This document shows, in pieces, positions 9,041 through 12,192 of a DNA stretch of 12,192 nucleotides. This DNA is from Azolla caroliniana (Eukaryota > Plantae > Polypodiophyta), in the NCBI GenBank assembly GCA_043228905.1, contig JBHGNT010001089.1:1-12192 (forward strand), given 5' to 3'. The position numbers and the translations under genes are program-made. Every line of letters starts with the position of its first letter. The first letter of the stretch is position 1. The notes below the pieces were generated by a model. That model was not told the DNA's origin. It saw only the letters and a list, made by a program, of their open reading frames with translations, and searched no databases.

Positions 9041-9484
9041 AGAGTCCGCAACGTAGATTGAGATCCAATGAAGCAAATGTTTGGACAAGACTTGCATGTC
9101 CATGTGATAATCCCGCTTACTTCCAATATGTCCATGAGTTATCAACTGCCCCTCCCATCCCAAATCAAGCAAATTGTGTTCGGTGCAACGAACATTGCTG
9201 ATTTGGTTGTAACTTTCTTTAGACCCATCACTCCTCATTACCAGTCAATCAAGGGCTACACAAATGGGCTCCCGACTAGGACATAACGTAGGGGTTCAAT
9301 AGATTGGGCAATAGTAATATGTCGTGCACGTAGGCCCTGGCCATGGACCGCGATCTCGATAAATAAAGGCCATAATATCCTGCCATTGTAGGTGCCTCCC
9401 TTGGTTTGGAGAACACTCCATTCTGGATCAACCTATGCTAGAGATTTTTCAAAGACAAAAATTACAATATATATGACTTGAGAA

Positions 9485-9657
9485 TCTTACATGTACCGAT
9501 AACAAGATTCTTTAGTTTCGTTTTATCTTATTTACCTTCCTTTTTACTTTGATTTGTTCTCAAAGACGAGACAACGCTTAAGATGTAATCTCTTGTTTGG
9601 TCTTATAGCCATTTTGGCCTCTTAAAAGACGTTAAGATGTATTTTCTCTCTTTCTTT
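9485..9657 (+). mobile_element. Non-LTR retroposon 3' end, copy 2 (may extend upstream toward ~9040)
   Basis: GCCATTTTGGCCTCTTAAAAGACGTTAA followed by a decayed TTTC tail; ~150 bp homologous to 6102-6274 in inverted orientation. Confidence 0.75.
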
Positions 9658-9712
9658 AACTCATTTATTCACTTCCACATACACATTCTAAAGTTCCAAG
9701 CTTTTGATGCAG

Positions 9713-9786
9713 CAAAACGATCAGAAACCACTCAGAAGTTCAAGGTAAATCTTCAAGTGTTGAAGATTTCATCTCGTGGGTTTCAG
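9713..9786 (+). CDS. SEC3: SEC3 coding exon 2
   Basis: TGCAG| ... |GTATAT; (T)KRSETTQKFKVNLQVLKISSRGFQ; phases fit exons 1 and 3. Confidence 0.88.
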
Positions 9787-9877
9787 GTATATCATCAACT
9801 ATGGAAATACTGTCATGAGAATATGAAGATTGGTTAAACAATGAACTTACCATACATGGGCTTTGGAATTGATTTAG

Positions 9878-9958
9878 CCAGCAAAAGTATATAAACTAAA
9901 GCATCTTATCAGGATTGAAGCTGTACCAAGTGATTCTACTGGCTGTACATTCATATTG
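9878..9958 (+). CDS. SEC3: SEC3 coding exon 3
   Basis: TTTAG| PAKVYKLKHLIRIEAVPSDSTGCTFIL |GTAATT. Confidence 0.95.
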
Positions 9959-10044
9959 GTAATTCTCTATACTTTCTCCATCTTGTGGGTTAATACATCC
10001 ACAAGGATAATTTTATCTTATATGTCAGTTTATTTTATCTCTAG

Positions 10045-10112
10045 GGATTTGACAACCTGAAAAATCAAAGTGTGTCTCCTCCACAATGGACCATGCGGAG
10101 TGTTGATGACAG
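10045..10112 (+). CDS. SEC3: SEC3 coding exon 4
   Basis: CTAG| GFDNLKNQSVSPPQWTMRSVDD(R) |GTGAAG. Confidence 0.96.
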
Positions 10113-10200
10113 GTGAAGTCAGTTTCTGTTGTGAGTGGTTTCATCAAAGCTGGTATTTTTCTTAAATTTTGGTTGGATTTCTTTGGTATTCTATCAACAG

Positions 10201-10303
10201 AAATAGGTTCTTGACTTGCATTTTAAAACTATGCAAAGAAAATCTTGGCCGCTGGCCTAAGATAATTGGCATGGATGTGGTAGAAATGGCTCTTTGGGCG
10301 CAG
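10201..10303 (+). CDS. SEC3: SEC3 coding exon 5
   Basis: AACAG| [34 protein letters not shown] |GTTTGA. Confidence 0.96.
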
Positions 10304-10457
10304 GTTTGAAGTTTTGCATTTTTGTGAGTTCATATTTTGCTTTTAGCATCAATTCCCTCCCTAGACTTCTACGTGGGTCTAGGGAGGGAATTGCTTCTCT
10401 TCTACTTACTAGTATCCAATTTAGTGCTATGACTCGTACTGCCTTTTCCATGTACAG

Positions 10458-10603
10458 GAAAATGCCAAGGCACTTCCACTGGCAGCGTCTCGTGATATTG
10501 AAATCGTTATCCCTTCAGATGGCTTAAAGGAGACAACAATAACTATGGAGAGGGATCTAGTTTCAAAGGCAGAAGAAGAAGATATGGAAGCGCTACTCGA
10601 TAC
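10458..10603 (+). CDS. SEC3: SEC3 coding exon 6
   Basis: TACAG| ENAKALP...ERDLVSKAEEEDMEALLD(T) |GTATGT. Confidence 0.94.
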
Positions 10604-11029
10604 GTATGTGCCTCCATGTCTGATATCTTTATTCTTATCTGTATTTTCAGTGATATTAAAGTACTTGAAAAATGATAACTGACAATATAGGTGAGTTTTC
10701 AGATATAGATTTCATGCTCTATAAATTAAAAAATTCTAGTTCTTTGAATAATTTCAAACATGATTCGACTCACATTACATGTTAATAACATGGAATTCAG
10801 GTTTCCCTTGTTCATTTAGAGGCTTTATTTTCTGTTTAAGGATAAAATACTTGAATTCACCCATATTTATTATCATGGTTTACTTCATAGGCTATTTTGC
10901 CCTCTTCACAGACGTTTAATATAACTTTCTTTCTCATGAGATTATCTCGTACCTTTGGCAGTTTCAGTTCATCTAAGCTCAAATGCTTAACATTTTTTGG
11001 CAGTTTTATTAATTTAGTTATATTTGTTT

Positions 11030-11130
11030 ATTGCCCTCACATATGAGACAACATTTTAAAATGTAATGACTTGTTCAATCTCATAGGCCATTTTGGCCTC
11101 TCAAAAGACATTAACAGATCTTTCTTTTTT
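11030..11130 (+). mobile_element. Non-LTR retroposon 3' end, copy 3 (more diverged), in intron 6
   Basis: GAGACAAC...ATGTAAT...ATAGGCCATTTTGGCCTCTCAAAAGACATTAA plus TCTTTCTTT aligns with 9555-9657. Confidence 0.7.
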
Positions 11131-11286
11131 CCTGGGCATTATGAGGGTACAAATAGCTGTGATTAATCCTGATTGCAAGGTTCACAAACAGTTGGGAGCC
11201 ATATCAAAAGAACAGAACTGGATAGAAATGAATTGTTTTTGCTTTGCGGTTGTTCTAGGCGGATAATGCTTGTAACAGATATTCTA

Positions 11287-11324
11287 TACTGTAGCCACTG
11301 GAGCTTACTGTAGCCACTTGAACT
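11287..11324. repeat. 19-bp tandem repeat near the intron 6 acceptor
   Basis: TACTGTAGCCACTGGAGCT / TACTGTAGCCACTTGAACT. Confidence 0.9.
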
Positions 11325-11344
11325 TGCCATTTCTAAATTCACAG

Positions 11345-11462
11345 GTATCTAATGGGCATTGATGAAGCAGAAGCATTTTCTGAGAGGTTGAAGCGAGAGC
11401 TTGTTGCATTAGAAGCTGCAAATGTTCATTCTATTTTAGAGAGCCAGCCACTTGTGGACGAG
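11345..11462 (+). CDS. SEC3: SEC3 coding exon 7
   Basis: CACAG| [39 protein letters not shown] |GTATGC. Confidence 0.97.
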
Positions 11463-11530
11463 GTATGCTTCTGATCACATGTTTGCATCTTATTTGTTTG
11501 TTTACTATTGAGAACACAAGCTATTTGCAG

Positions 11531-11635
11531 GTGTTGTACCAGCTGAATATGGCTGCCTCCAGCGTTGATGATCTTGATGAATGGCTTCGGATATTCAATG
11601 TGAAGCTGAAACATATGCGTGAAGATATTCAATCG
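11531..11635 (+). CDS. SEC3: SEC3 coding exon 8
   Basis: TGCAG| [35 protein letters not shown] |GTGTGT. Confidence 0.97.
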
Positions 11636-11750
11636 GTGTGTAAGAAGAGGACGCTCATTGTCATAGGCTGACTTCAATATATATTATTTGTAGATGTTGA
11701 GGATAGCTTTGTGAACATATAAAATTGAAGATTCTAAAGGATTGTCCCAG

Positions 11751-11852
11751 ATTGAAACGAGGAACAATAAATTGGATATGCAAGCTGTTAATAACACTGC
11801 ACTTGTTGAGGAATTGAACAAACTGTTGGACCGGTTAAGGATACCAAATGAG
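11751..11852 (+). CDS. SEC3: SEC3 coding exon 9 (followed by a GC donor)
   Basis: CCCAG| [34 protein letters not shown] |GCAAG. Confidence 0.95.
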
Positions 11853-11923
11853 GCAAGCCATTTTGTAGCTCAATTTATGTCCATTCTCCCACTTAATCAA
11901 TAAATCGATTCATTTCTATTCAG

Positions 11924-12061
11924 TATGTGTCGTCATTGACTGTGGGATCATTCGAGGAGGCTCGTATGCCACAAAACGTGGAGGCATGTGAATGGTTGAC
12001 ACAAACATTATGTTCTCTGGAACCACCCCGTTTGGATAACTGCTACATGAACATGCGGGCA
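11924..12061 (+). CDS. SEC3: SEC3 coding exon 10 (gene continues beyond the window)
   Basis: TTCAG| [46 protein letters not shown] |GTAAGT. Confidence 0.96.
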
Positions 12062-12192
12062 GTAAGTACAGTTGTATTTACTTCTTCTAGGGACATTTCA
12101 TAAAGTTTCTCTCTAATCAATGACTATGCTGAATTCTCTTATGTTTACACTCACCAAGCTCCTAAAGGAAGACTGTTTCTTATTCATTGAAT

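Noticed and set aside
6102-9635. Terminal inverted repeats of one 3.5-kb DNA transposon
   Set aside because: The left copy has its own target-site duplication, and a third copy lies in intron 6, so these are independent insertions
10601-10610. Exon 6 extending through TYV (intron start mimics the next exon)
   Set aside because: GTAT occurs at both the donor and the start of exon 7, but only AC|GTATGT...ACAG|GTAT gives GT-AG boundaries and keeps the frame

Overview
Land-plant nuclear DNA, not prokaryotic. The + strand carries the first 10 coding exons (369 codons; the gene runs off the right edge) of an exocyst subunit SEC3 gene: ATG at 1832, a 7.7-kb first intron (2004-9712), short downstream introns and one GC-AG intron. 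Upstream lies the decayed 5' part of a Ty1/copia element (LTR end, tRNA-iMet PBS, gag, protease motif), cut off at ~1333, followed by a ~500-bp promoter/5'UTR rich in GA microsatellite that contains a duplicated copy of the start codon. Intron 1 is a nest of dead elements: two minus-strand copia RT/RNase H remnants with PPT and LTRs, a plus-strand LTR-PBS fragment, a possible further LTR, three tandem duplications of different ages, and copies of a non-LTR retroposon 3' end (stem-loop plus (TTTC)n tail), one with a visible target-site duplication. I find no convincing new biological system. The best leads are the retroposon family, the duplicated-ATG uORF and the templated repair junctions. 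All homology calls are from recalled family motifs, not database searches.
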